Assembly: GCA_016201505.1 (NCBI GenBank)
Contig: JACQCQ010000013.1
Location: 80,830-144,829 of the forward strand
DNA length: 64,000 nucleotides
Direction: 5' to 3'
Origin: Candidatus Sungiibacteriota bacterium
Lineage (GTDB): Bacteria > Patescibacteriota > Minisyncoccia > Sungbacterales > JACQCQ01
A program made the translations under genes and the position numbers. Below are positions 17,869 to 26,497 of this stretch, piece after piece (within the stretch, counting starts at the first letter, position 1; every line of letters starts with the position of its first letter). The notes under the pieces were generated by a model, which worked only from the letters and a program-made list of their open reading frames with translations, was not told the origin of the DNA and searched no databases.

Positions 17869-18942
17869 CTATTTACCGACGACCGCAAAAATTATATTTG
17901 GATTATCGGGCTTGATGCGGAGTGCGGCAATCGATGCGGTTACATTCATCGGCATAGCGCGCCAATTCTCACCGAAGTCTTCCGAGACATAGATTGAATT
18001 GCCGGCGGCGGCATAAATCTCGCGTGAATTTTTGGTATTCACGGCTACTGACTGAATCGAAAGTCCTTTGGGTGGAATGATGAGCGGGACTTCTTTCCAT
18101 GTAGTTCCCGAATCGACTGAGCGCAAAAGTCCGAACTCGGAGGAGATATAGATAGTCGAAGGATTATTCTGATCAAGCCGGATATCGGTGATACTCGCGG
18201 CATTGGAGAAACTGGCATATCCCGGCGTCAATCGGGTCCAAGAAGCGCCCTCATCCTCCGTCCGATAGAGCTCACCGTGAGGCGTTAAAACAAATAATTC
18301 TGACCCGCGAGCTGGGTTTTGGATTAGGCTAATCAGGCCATCAGGAAACCATTTATCAACTTTCCAGGTTTTTCCGGCATCAGACGATGTCAAAAACCCG
18401 CCCTCACCGGTCGCGATATGCACCCGGCTTTCATTCTCGGGATTGATCGCGGCGCCAAAAACGCCGTACTTTAGAATCGGCACGAAATAAACCAGATCAA
18501 AGGTAATGCCGCCATCGACACTTTTTAAGACCTCGCCTTTGTTGTTTTGATAGACCGAAAGATAGATCAGCTTTTCATCTTTAGCACTTGTCGCGATTGA
18601 ATAGACCTCGGCGCTTTTGCTTACATTCTCTTTGGCATCAATTACGCGCGCCCAGGTTGCGCCGGCATTTTTTGAAACCCATAGGCTGCCGCCTTTCGTA
18701 CCCAAATATATAATGTTTGGATTCTTCCGATTAAACTCGAAACTCAAAATATGCGCAGGCAGTGCGATGCCGATTTCAGAACTTCGCACAGACAACGCCC
18801 ACGAGGATCCGCCGTCAGTGGATTTAAAAATGCCGGTCGTTGCCGACGTGGGATTTTTATTCGTCCCAATAAAAAACGGCAGAATGATTCCGAAAATCAA
18901 AACGAGCATCGCCAAAATTACCAGTAGATAACTAAACTTCAT
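17869..18942 (-). CDS. BNR/Asp-box repeat beta-propeller protein, membrane-anchored (Ycf48/sialidase-like fold).
   Basis: Seven S-x-D-x-G-x-(T/S)-W/F repeats (STDGGSSW, SKNAGATW, SVDGGITF, SSDAGKTW, TEDEGASW, SVDSGTTW, SEDFGENW). N-terminal TM helix. Confidence 0.75.
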   Translation of the reverse strand: MKFSYLLVILAMLVLIFGIILPFFIGTNKNPTSATTGIFKSTDGGSSWALSVRSSEIGIALPAHILSFEFNRKNPNIIYLGTKGGSLWVSKNAGATWARVIDAKENVSKSAEVYSIATSAKDEKLIYLSVYQNNKGEVLKSVDGGITFDLVYFVPILKYGVFGAAINPENESRVHIATGEGGFLTSSDAGKTWKVDKWFPDGLISLIQNPARGSELFVLTPHGELYRTEDEGASWTRLTPGYASFSNAASITDIRLDQNNPSTIYISSEFGLLRSVDSGTTWKEVPLIIPPKGLSIQSVAVNTKNSREIYAAAGNSIYVSEDFGENWRAMPMNVTASIAALRIKPDNPNIIFAVVGK

Positions 18943-19856
18943 GCGTGTAGGTTCATGACTATGATATCAGTTGCGAGGCGCGCATTCACGTTGGTGGTTT
19001 CCAGTGTCTCCAGCGCCCGCAAAGCTTTTGAAATATTTTTAGACTTGGATGCGTTCCCCGTTATCATGAACGATTCCCCAAGACGAAACAGATGCTCCAA
19101 AAGAATTTCGCGATCTGCGGCAGCTTGATAGTTGCCGGCGGTGGCCAGTGCCTCTGAAACCGTTGATTGGGAGATGCGCCACGCATCGCGATAGATTCCC
19201 TGCTCGTGTTTTTTTTGCGCGTCATCTAGGGTCATGGAAATCAAAACGCCCGGCAGGCCGCGAGATACTTGAATGAGCTCGGCAGTCGCGCCAGGTATTC
19301 TTTTTAATTCACCCGCGGCGGGGCAAGAAAATCGCATTGGGACAAGCCGCGAAAGAATAGTCGGCATGACATACTCCGGCTTTGACGAAATGAAAATAAA
19401 AAGCGTTTTTTCATTTGGCTCTTCTAATGTTTTTAAAAATGAATTTGCCGCATCGGGTGATAAGAGCTCCGCTGCCTCGACAATGACGATCTGCCAATCT
19501 TTTGAGGCAAGAGCGATGCGACGCCTTATGGCTTCAACTTCTTCGATGCTGATTTTGCTGCGGCGCTTCATCTCATCTTCGGCAATTGGCAGAAAGGGTG
19601 AGGCGAGCGAAAGCACTATCAAATTCGGATGCGTTTCCGACTTCATTCTTTGGCAGGCCTGACAAACACCGCAGCCGCCGATTTTCTTTGACTGGTTTTC
19701 GCAAAGCAGCATCGCCGCACAGCCTTTGGCAACGGTTAATTTACCGACGTCTTTTGGCCCATAAAAAAAGTAGCCGTGAGCCAGTCTCGAGTTTCGGCAG
19801 GCTTTCGTCAAATACTGAATCTCTTTTGCGTGCCCCAAAATCATCTCCTTATTCAT
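18939..19856 (-). CDS. holB: DNA polymerase III delta-prime subunit. The ORF is open up to 20192, but the conserved HolB N-terminus starts at the internal Met.
   Basis: MNKEMILGHAKEIQYL..HGYFFYGPKDVGK (degenerate Walker A typical of delta-prime), Cys cluster CGVCQACQ, and SRLV motif (ILSRLVP). Confidence 0.75.
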   Translation of the reverse strand: MNKEMILGHAKEIQYLTKACRNSRLAHGYFFYGPKDVGKLTVAKGCAAMLLCENQSKKIGGCGVCQACQRMKSETHPNLIVLSLASPFLPIAEDEMKRRSKISIEEVEAIRRRIALASKDWQIVIVEAAELLSPDAANSFLKTLEEPNEKTLFIFISSKPEYVMPTILSRLVPMRFSCPAAGELKRIPGATAELIQVSRGLPGVLISMTLDDAQKKHEQGIYRDAWRISQSTVSEALATAGNYQAAADREILLEHLFRLGESFMITGNASKSKNISKALRALETLETTNVNARLATDIIVMNLHA

Positions 19857-20215
19857 GCCACATAATTCGGAATTAATACATAACCAGGCGATTTTTTCGC
19901 TTTTGTGGATAAGATCGCCGAGGTCAGCACGAAAAATAGAATATACTATATATAGGATTACGTTCGAGATGAATTCATGTTCTTTCGGGCTGGAGTGTCC
20001 GGTCCATCCGTTGAAGAAAGAAGTCTTTCTTTGCACCAATTCATTTCTGTAGACGGCTAGCTCTTTTGTCAATTCATTCGTCCCTTTCCCTGTTGGAGAT
20101 TTTATTCTCCCTCTCGGGCGGGATCCTCGAAGGAGGATCCGACTATTCAGCGCTTCTCGCGGTGACCTCTCTTTTTTACGCGATTGAGGCAAAACATCTG
20201 AATGTGTTGGGCCTC

Positions 20216-20320
20216 CTTTTTCTTTGGCGCGAAAAGCTCCACGGCCGCATCAGGCGCGGCCGTGGCATCTCGCTTTTTCGCTTTGGGCGAAACTCTTGTG
20301 AGATCGGCGGAATCGCACCT
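20216..20320. ncRNA. Candidate structured RNA / conserved element, copy 1 of 2 (the other at 47398-47490), upstream of holB.
   Basis: Stems: CCACGGCCGC/GCGGCCGTGG, TTCGC/GCGAA, ATCTCGC/GTGAGAT. The same three stems with altered loops recur at 47398-47490. Confidence 0.35.
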
Positions 20321-20416
20321 GGCATATAATCTTTGACATGGCAGAGAATATACCAGCTGTTTCCGCATTCATCCACAGGCTTACGCCCACGGCTTTCTGT
20401 GATGGTAGGTAAACAC

Positions 20417-20448
20417 TATAAGTACGATAGACTAGTCTATCGTACTTA
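20417..20448. promoter_or_regulatory. Operator type 2, copy c: ATAAGTACGATAGACT|AGTCTATCGTACTTAT, with a symmetric T-to-A variant in both half-sites. It lies upstream of holB.
   Basis: 32-bp perfect palindrome; the half-site change is mirrored, preserving dyad symmetry. Confidence 0.55.
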
Positions 20449-20545
20449 TGCGTATGCAATCTAAGGTTCACAAAACACCCGACATCTGCCAACTGGCGGA
20501 TGTCGGGTCGATCTTTGCATTACTACACCTACGTACTCTCACCGT

Positions 20546-21100
20546 TTATGACGCGTCTTGCCGCAATGTTGCGAGTTGGATTTTTAACGCTTCGAGATTA
20601 GATTCGAGAATGGCAGTCCTCGGACTTTCATCGGCATTTATAATCATCTCGGAGAGAACGCCCTGCGTGATTGGTCCAAATGCTCCCCAACCGGTGGAAA
20701 GCGTATCGCCTTCGCAGACAATTTGCTCATCGCATTGAAATTGTTGTAAGGCCGCTTCTGTCCGCGGACCAAAAAATCCCGTGTCATTGCCGGACGAAAG
20801 ATAGCCGTACTGAATGAGATCTTTTTGTAATCTGGCAACATCTGTATGCGGCTCATCGATGGATGAGCTTCGAGGAAATTCGAGTGGCATGGTTGGCGCT
20901 TGGACGGTTAATTGTGGTTGGGCAGAGGTATAAGACGCAACACTAACAGATGCAAGGGAAGTCTTAAGCGAGAACTCACCGATCCCAATCATGGAGAGCG
21001 AGAAGACAAATAACATAAGCAGCAACACTTCCGACAGTGGGCTTAAACTTGGTTCAATTTTCTTTTTCTTTCGATGTTTCTTTAAGGTTTTCTTTTTCAT
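20546..21100 (-). CDS. Membrane-anchored protein with a putative peptidoglycan-binding domain (PG_binding_1-like).
   Basis: Lys-rich N-terminus plus TM helix. The segment LQKDLIQYGYLSSGNDTGFFGPRTEAALQQFQ matches the PG-binding repeat pattern. Confidence 0.6.
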   Translation of the reverse strand: MKKKTLKKHRKKKKIEPSLSPLSEVLLLMLFVFSLSMIGIGEFSLKTSLASVSVASYTSAQPQLTVQAPTMPLEFPRSSSIDEPHTDVARLQKDLIQYGYLSSGNDTGFFGPRTEAALQQFQCDEQIVCEGDTLSTGWGAFGPITQGVLSEMIINADESPRTAILESNLEALKIQLATLRQDAS

Positions 21101-21295
21101 AAAAAACAAAACACCCGCAAAAGGGGCGTCCCGCTTCCCATGTATCGAAGAGATGATCTCCTCACAATTTATAATACCCGATCACTTTTTATGATACAAG
21201 CGAGCTATCCACAATAGGCTACGAGATGAAGAATGGAGGCCAGCGACCAAAAAGATAGATAAAAATTGTATCAAGCCTGGGGCTGTACATCCAGT

Positions 21296-21335
21296 ATACA
21301 AAAAAGCGCGGCCCCCGCGGGGGCCGCTTTCTGCC
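21296..21335 (-). terminator. Rho-independent terminator downstream of the IMP cyclohydrolase-domain gene.
   Basis: GCGGCCCCCGCGGGGGCCGC hairpin flanked by A/T runs. Confidence 0.6.
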
Positions 21336-21337
21336 CA

Positions 21338-21946
21338 TCACTGACCGAACATCTCAAAATTGAAGTTTATCAAAATCAGATCATAGGCGGCAGTGCGCCG
21401 CAGAGCTTCAGTTGCAAGCTCCCGGATCTCATCTGTTCTCTCGCCTCGCCGGTAGGTCTTGGCGAGTTCGATGGCGCGGTCATACTGGTTTGGATGAGAA
21501 ACGGCGATACGCCGTCTTTTCGCCGCAGACCGCAGCATCGTCGGCCCGCCGATATCGGTCATGTCTATGACCTCGTCCTCGGTCACCCCATTACGATTCA
21601 TAACATCGTCGAGCGGCTTCAAACCGACCGAGACGAGATCGAAAAACGGCAGATCTAGACGCGCGAGGTCTGCCATGTGTTCAGGATTGTTCGCCTCCGC
21701 CAAGATGCCCGCGTGGATTTCTTTCGTCAGTGTGACTACTTGGCCGCCGAAGGTTGGAAACTCACCGAGGAAGAGCGCGCCGACATCAACTGATGGGACA
21801 TGGTAACTCTTGAAAAACTGATGCGTCCCCGGGGTGGCGTAAATGTTCCAGCCCATCTCCTCAAGCCTTTTGGCAAAACGGCCAAGCTCGGATGTTTTAT
21901 CAAAGCTGGAAATGAGCGCGTTATATAACCGCGAGCCCATGTACAT
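21338..21946 (-). CDS. Stand-alone IMP cyclohydrolase-like domain (PurH N-terminal MGS-like domain) without the AICAR transformylase domain.
   Basis: ALISSFDK, DIGGPTMLRSAAK, and TAAYD motifs align with the PurH N-terminal IMPCH domain. The protein ends after about 200 aa. Confidence 0.7.
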   Translation of the reverse strand: MYMGSRLYNALISSFDKTSELGRFAKRLEEMGWNIYATPGTHQFFKSYHVPSVDVGALFLGEFPTFGGQVVTLTKEIHAGILAEANNPEHMADLARLDLPFFDLVSVGLKPLDDVMNRNGVTEDEVIDMTDIGGPTMLRSAAKRRRIAVSHPNQYDRAIELAKTYRRGERTDEIRELATEALRRTAAYDLILINFNFEMFGQ

Positions 21947-22033
21947 GCGCGGCCTCCTTTTGCTTAGATGAGAACTGATTCTATTTTATCGCGCTTGAAG
22001 AAAAAAGCTACCTAAATATCCTATACTTACTGC

Positions 22034-22942
22034 ATGCGAAAAGAGACTGGCATGACTATTTTTCTCGTTCTTATTTTTCTCGTGGCTCTCTTCACCTATC
22101 AGAAACGAAATCTGACTTTTTTGCGCCTCACGCCCTCGCCCAATAAAGTGATGGTCATTAAAAATATTCGATATATTGACGACGGGCTGGAAAAGCATCG
22201 GCTGGATTTGTATCTGCCGAAAAATAAAAAGGATTTCTCGATTGTGCAATTTGTGCACGGCGGCTATTGGACTTCAGGCGACAAAGATTATTACGCCGCC
22301 ATCACCGGCTTATACGGAAGCACCGGCCGGGCTCTGGCGGCTAAAGGCATTGGTGTCGTCATCCAGAATTATCGACTGGCACCCGACGTACAAATTGACG
22401 GAGAAATTGACGATGTTGTTTCGGCCATCAAGTGGACACAAAACCACATTGCTGAATACGGCGGTGATCCAACGCATCACTTTTTAATGGGCCACTCTGC
22501 CGGCGGTCATTTAATTACGATTCTTGGGCTTGATCCGGAATATTTTGCCCGAGCCGGGATTAGAAGCGGCACCATCCGCGGCTACATTTCGCTTTCGGGC
22601 ATTGTTGACCTAAATGACATGGCGGCGAAAAATGATGAGCAATTTAAGGAGTCCATAATCTATAGAGTTTTTGGGCGCGATCCAGAAACGCTTATGCACT
22701 ACTCCCCGACTTCATACATTCAAAAATCGATGCCGCCGTTTTTAATCATGATCGGCGAACATGATTTTGATTATTTAATCCCCGAAACAAACGCTGCGAT
22801 TCAAAAAATGAAAGACGTTGGCGCCTCGCCCAAATTTAAAGTCATTGCCGGCAACACGCATATGGACATGGTGCTAAAGTTTGGGAGCCGTGAGGATAAT
22901 ATGACGCAACCGGTCGTTGATTTTATACATCAGTCTCAATGA
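22034..22942 (+). CDS. Alpha/beta-hydrolase fold esterase/lipase. The alternative start is at 22052.
   Basis: FVHGGYWTSGDKD oxyanion region, nucleophile elbow GHSAGGHL, and an N-terminal TM/signal helix. Confidence 0.8.
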   Translation: MRKETGMTIFLVLIFLVALFTYQKRNLTFLRLTPSPNKVMVIKNIRYIDDGLEKHRLDLYLPKNKKDFSIVQFVHGGYWTSGDKDYYAAITGLYGSTGRALAAKGIGVVIQNYRLAPDVQIDGEIDDVVSAIKWTQNHIAEYGGDPTHHFLMGHSAGGHLITILGLDPEYFARAGIRSGTIRGYISLSGIVDLNDMAAKNDEQFKESIIYRVFGRDPETLMHYSPTSYIQKSMPPFLIMIGEHDFDYLIPETNAAIQKMKDVGASPKFKVIAGNTHMDMVLKFGSREDNMTQPVVDFIHQSQ

Positions 22943-22944
22943 AG

Positions 22945-22985
22945 AAAACAAAAATCCCCGCCAGCGGCGGGGATTTTTGCAATTC
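22945..22985. terminator. Bidirectional rho-independent terminator between convergent genes.
   Basis: AAAATCCCCGCCAGCGGCGGGGATTTTT hairpin with flanking A and T runs. Confidence 0.65.
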
Positions 22986-22992
22986 CGGAAAT

Positions 22993-23211
22993 CTACATCC
23001 CGCCTCCCGGGTTGCACAATCGGCAGTCTTTCTTGTGAATGGCAAACTCGTAAATCGCCGAGAGTCCCACAAGAATATAAATGAGACGCGGCAAGAGCGC
23101 ATCCATCCCGCCGAGCCAACGACTGATCTCCCATCCAAACACGCCTTCAAGCAGCCAATTGAGGCCGCCGACGATGAGCAGGATGAAGGTGATCATGTGT
23201 AGTCCTTTCAT
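22993..23211 (-). CDS. DUF378-family small membrane protein.
   Basis: MKGLHMITFILLIVGGLNWLLEGVFGWEI...LIYILVGLSAIY, a typical two-helix DUF378 pattern. Confidence 0.55.
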   Translation of the reverse strand: MKGLHMITFILLIVGGLNWLLEGVFGWEISRWLGGMDALLPRLIYILVGLSAIYEFAIHKKDCRLCNPGGGM

Positions 23212-23337
23212 AGTGGTCTTTCTAATAGGTTCTGACCTTTGATTTATTGTAGCACACAAAAAAACCGCCGACTCGACTTCGCGAGGGGCGCAGATCGTCC
23301 TGCCGCCGGGCGGTTTTCGTTTTGACGCTTAAAAAAA

Positions 23338-24558
23338 TTAGAATGCGGAAGTTCCAAGCGGCGTGCCAAGGCCGGTTGGCCCGTCGTAGCCGGTAAGAGC
23401 GGTGCAAAGATAAGTGCCTGCGCAGCTGCCATTGGAGCCGGAGGTAATGTCGTGCATATTCGCTGAATTGCCGAGTGCATACGGCAGCGAGGCGGGAGAA
23501 GAGGAACCAACCGTTCCCTGAAGCCCATAGACGGCGGCAATCAGCGGACTCGACAAACTTGTCCCGCCGACCTTAAACCAGCCTGACTTGCCCTGATACC
23601 GAACACTGTCATACACCGCTGCTCCCGTGTTGGGGTCTGCCACTGCCGAGACATCGGCAATGGCCCGATGAGTACACGACGCATCGCTTTGCCAGGTTGG
23701 TTTTGATTCATACTGACTGCACCCCGACCCACTGCCTGACCAGGCAGTCTCGCTGTTATAGGAGTTATCTGAATTTAAGAATAACGTCGTCCCGCCAACG
23801 GCGACAACGTATTGAGAGGCGGCCGGATACTCCACGCCGTAGCCTGCGTCTCCCGAACTGAAGGTGAATACAATTCCAGAATGATTGAAGTGCGCGTCGT
23901 AGCCAGTCTCACCAGAAAATTCCGCCGAGCCGTATGAATTCGAGACTTCGTTGGCGCCGAGCGTTACCGCGCGATCCACCGCGGCCATTAAATTGGCATA
24001 TGAATTTGAGCTGGCTTCGACAAGCAGGATGCCGCAGTTTTGGCACATAGCGTGAGCTACTTCAACGTCGAGCGAAATCTCAAGCGCCCAACCGGAATTG
24101 ACCGAAGGATAATTAAATGTCTGACCAAATTGATTTACTTTTTGAAAGCAGGGGGAAGCCGAGGCGGCAATTGGTCCGGCACACTGAGGCAACACCGGAA
24201 TGGCGTAGGTTTTACTGTAGGTGGCGAGATCCGAATAAATATTCGGGTCATCATACGCGTCCACGATGGCAATAATATTTTTTGTAGCAGAAGTTGTGGG
24301 AACACTATAGGCCACGTGAAATTGGGTCGGTCCAAATCCGTTTGGCAACGATGTCGTTTTCGGCGTCGATCGATCAGATTCGGTGATCACGCGCACATGA
24401 CAGCGGACATCGCCATCCCTCGGATGACAGACTGCGATGTGCGGCTCATGAAGAAGCTTACTGTCATCTCTTTCATTATCAGTTTTGGCGACCGCCACCG
24501 CCGCCACAAGCAACGTAGCCGCAATGACACTAAAAAAGACTTTATCGGGATAGTTCAT
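23338..24558 (-). CDS. Secreted S53 (sedolisin-type) serine-carboxyl peptidase (S8/S53 superfamily).
   Basis: Signal/TM N-terminus. Sedolisin triad context: E-x-S-L-D-V-E (EISLDVE), SSGDAG, and GGTSLSSP. Confidence 0.75.
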   Translation of the reverse strand: MNYPDKVFFSVIAATLLVAAVAVAKTDNERDDSKLLHEPHIAVCHPRDGDVRCHVRVITESDRSTPKTTSLPNGFGPTQFHVAYSVPTTSATKNIIAIVDAYDDPNIYSDLATYSKTYAIPVLPQCAGPIAASASPCFQKVNQFGQTFNYPSVNSGWALEISLDVEVAHAMCQNCGILLVEASSNSYANLMAAVDRAVTLGANEVSNSYGSAEFSGETGYDAHFNHSGIVFTFSSGDAGYGVEYPAASQYVVAVGGTTLFLNSDNSYNSETAWSGSGSGCSQYESKPTWQSDASCTHRAIADVSAVADPNTGAAVYDSVRYQGKSGWFKVGGTSLSSPLIAAVYGLQGTVGSSSPASLPYALGNSANMHDITSGSNGSCAGTYLCTALTGYDGPTGLGTPLGTSAF

Positions 24559-24699
24559 AACCTCGTAGGCATCATACCAGACCTTGTGTCATATTTCAAA
24601 CACCGACCTCTGCAAAACTAAGACCATTCTGCCGTCGGGCGGTTTTCGTTTTATGAAAACCATGGGGGAGAAATTATGATACTCCGAGCTGTACTCATT

Positions 24700-24752
24700 T
24701 CCTGCGATCGCAGGAAATGAGTACAGCGAATCAAAAGCCGCGCGATGCGCGG
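24700..24752. terminator. Tandem hairpins: a 20+20-bp perfect palindrome followed by a GC hairpin with a T-run.
   Basis: GCTGTACTCATTTCCTGCGA|TCGCAGGAAATGAGTACAGC followed by AAAAGCCGCGCGATGCGCGGCTTTT. Confidence 0.5.
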
Positions 24753-25075
24753 CTTTTGTGTTGCTCAAAAAATTTCCCGCCTTCTCCGCCAGCTGGCAGA
24801 TACGGAAGGGCGCAGCAACTGTTTTATCCCTGAATGAATTCCAACTGTTCCGACTTTGGTCTTCCGAAGCTCCGTGAGGAGCGCAGGAGACCGCGCTGTA
24901 ATGTCCCCATTACAACGACTAGTCTCGGTGTATCGTGTTTCAGCCGTCCGAAGCTCTTGCGAGCGTAGGAGACTTCCGAGACCAAACACGTCTTTGGCTC
25001 GCCGTAGCTCCGTGAGGAGCGTAGACGGCTTTCATTCTCCAGGATGAGATAAGGAGGCGAGGCGCTTGCAGTACT

Positions 25076-26412
25076 TCTAAACGCACCTCGCATAAGGATC
25101 AGGCTTTCGCCTGCTAGATTTCGATCTCGGGCAATCTCCACGCCGCAGGCAAGGTGCACCTCGCCAAAAGCACGTCTCCGCTGCAGCGGAGCAAGACGAC
25201 CCGAGCTCTGTTATCCCGAACATCGGTACGATTTTTTTTTGCGATGCAGATACCGAGGTAGCGGAGGAAGCAGACGCCCAGTAGAGGATCGGGCGAAGGC
25301 ACTACCTACTAGCTAACCCGATCATACGTGATGTCCACCCCCGCGCTTCTCATCACCTTGTCCAGTGATACTCCGCAAGCGCCACGGGATTTCCTGCATC
25401 GCAAACTGAATTTCTATTTTTCCTTATCTCATCCTGGAGTTTTCGCCGCGCCAAAATTTTTATAAATAAAAACTTAGGCGGGCGTCCGACCTTCTAGGAT
25501 CACTGTTCAATCAGTTTGCTAGTTTTCTAGTTGACTAGTTAACTAGTAGGTCGCTAAGCGACCGGAACTGATGAACTGACAGATTCCTAAAAAGAATATG
25601 TTCCATCGACAGCTTCCGCTACCGATGCCTTGTTCATGTTCTCCCTATGTCGCCATAAGGCATGGACTATATCATCACCCTTTGTTGCAATGTCTTGATT
25701 TTTCTCGGATGCCAACTTCCGATAATCTTCAAGAAGTTTTCTTGAGATTTTTTCGAAATAAACATTCGGAAATAATCTGGATCTATGTGGAAACTTGGAT
25801 TATGGATTTTCCCCGATTGGATTCCAAAACTTATCAGCATTTGTTTAAGTTTCTCCAGTTTGATGCGATCATTCTGCACCAGTTGAATGTAAAACCTTGC
25901 GGATGGACTTCTTGGAATTCCTCCCTCGGCATCAAAGAATCCTCTTAAATACGCTATTTTTTCCTCAGCTGAATTTAACCGCTTAGGATCGAATTTTGTA
26001 TCTAAGAATTTTGCTCTTGTTTCCAATACATACACTTTACGATTTCTGCCTTCGCGATATATCCAGGAGGTATTATCCGTTAGCGCTAGGCAAGATTTTA
26101 GTACTGATAACCAATCAGTACCTAGCTGCGCAAACCGGTGTCTTTGGTTATACCGATTGAAGGTGCCATCGTGAAGCGCACCGAGTAAGTATGCTCGGCA
26201 TTCTGCAACAGAAGGGGCTTGGCGTGTAGTCTCTGAGGCGCCTCCGACGTTACGTCGGAGTTGCCTGCTGATTGTCTGCGCTTTTCGCATTATCACTTCT
26301 AGAACTATTTTAGCTCTATAAGTAGCAAAAAGATACTCAGGTTTTCCAGCATATAGCCAAGTTTTTATGTGAGAATTACTCCTCACAAGTCGCAACGGAC
26401 GCAGTCTGCGCC
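25076..26412 (-). mobile_element. About 1.3-kb intron-like insertion near the 16S 3' end (E. coli position about 1506-1520) encoding a LAGLIDADG homing endonuclease.
   Basis: 16S exon sequence (positions about 1400-1505) occupies 26396-26497 and the terminal about 22 nt occupy 25051-25072. The intervening 1.3 kb has no 16S similarity and carries the LAGLIDADG ORF. Confidence 0.6.
25667..26395 (-). CDS. Double-motif LAGLIDADG homing endonuclease (intron-encoded). The track ORF begins with a TTG; the start is uncertain.
   Basis: Two LAGLIDADG-like motifs: LLGALHDGTF and YLRGFFDAEGGI. Length 242 aa. Confidence 0.8.
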   Translation of the reverse strand: MRLVRSNSHIKTWLYAGKPEYLFATYRAKIVLEVIMRKAQTISRQLRRNVGGASETTRQAPSVAECRAYLLGALHDGTFNRYNQRHRFAQLGTDWLSVLKSCLALTDNTSWIYREGRNRKVYVLETRAKFLDTKFDPKRLNSAEEKIAYLRGFFDAEGGIPRSPSARFYIQLVQNDRIKLEKLKQMLISFGIQSGKIHNPSFHIDPDYFRMFISKKSQENFLKIIGSWHPRKIKTLQQRVMI

Positions 26413-26497
26413 TACGACTTCGTCTTTGTCACCGATCCTACCGTGGGCCACCATAAGTGGACTTCGGGTATTACCAGCTCCCCTGACGTGACGGGCG

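Noticed and set aside
19857-20192. N-terminal 112-codon extension of the holB ORF.
   Set aside because: The conserved delta-prime N-terminus begins at the internal Met. The extension is Arg/Lys/Ser-rich with no fold and covers an otherwise intergenic, repeat-bearing region.
23297-24652. Two copies of CTGCCG(C/T)CGGGCGGTTTTCGTTTT flanking the S53 peptidase gene.
   Set aside because: They are most simply explained as similar GC-hairpin plus T-run terminators. Only two copies were seen, with no further conserved context.
24760-25040. Direct repeats AGCTCCGTGAGGAGCG (24848 and 25004), considered as tRNA or a small RNA downstream of 16S.
   Set aside because: No cloverleaf or T-loop (GTTCGAATC-like) features were found. 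These look like small GTGA-tetraloop hairpins in the rRNA trailer, and there was insufficient evidence to call a gene.
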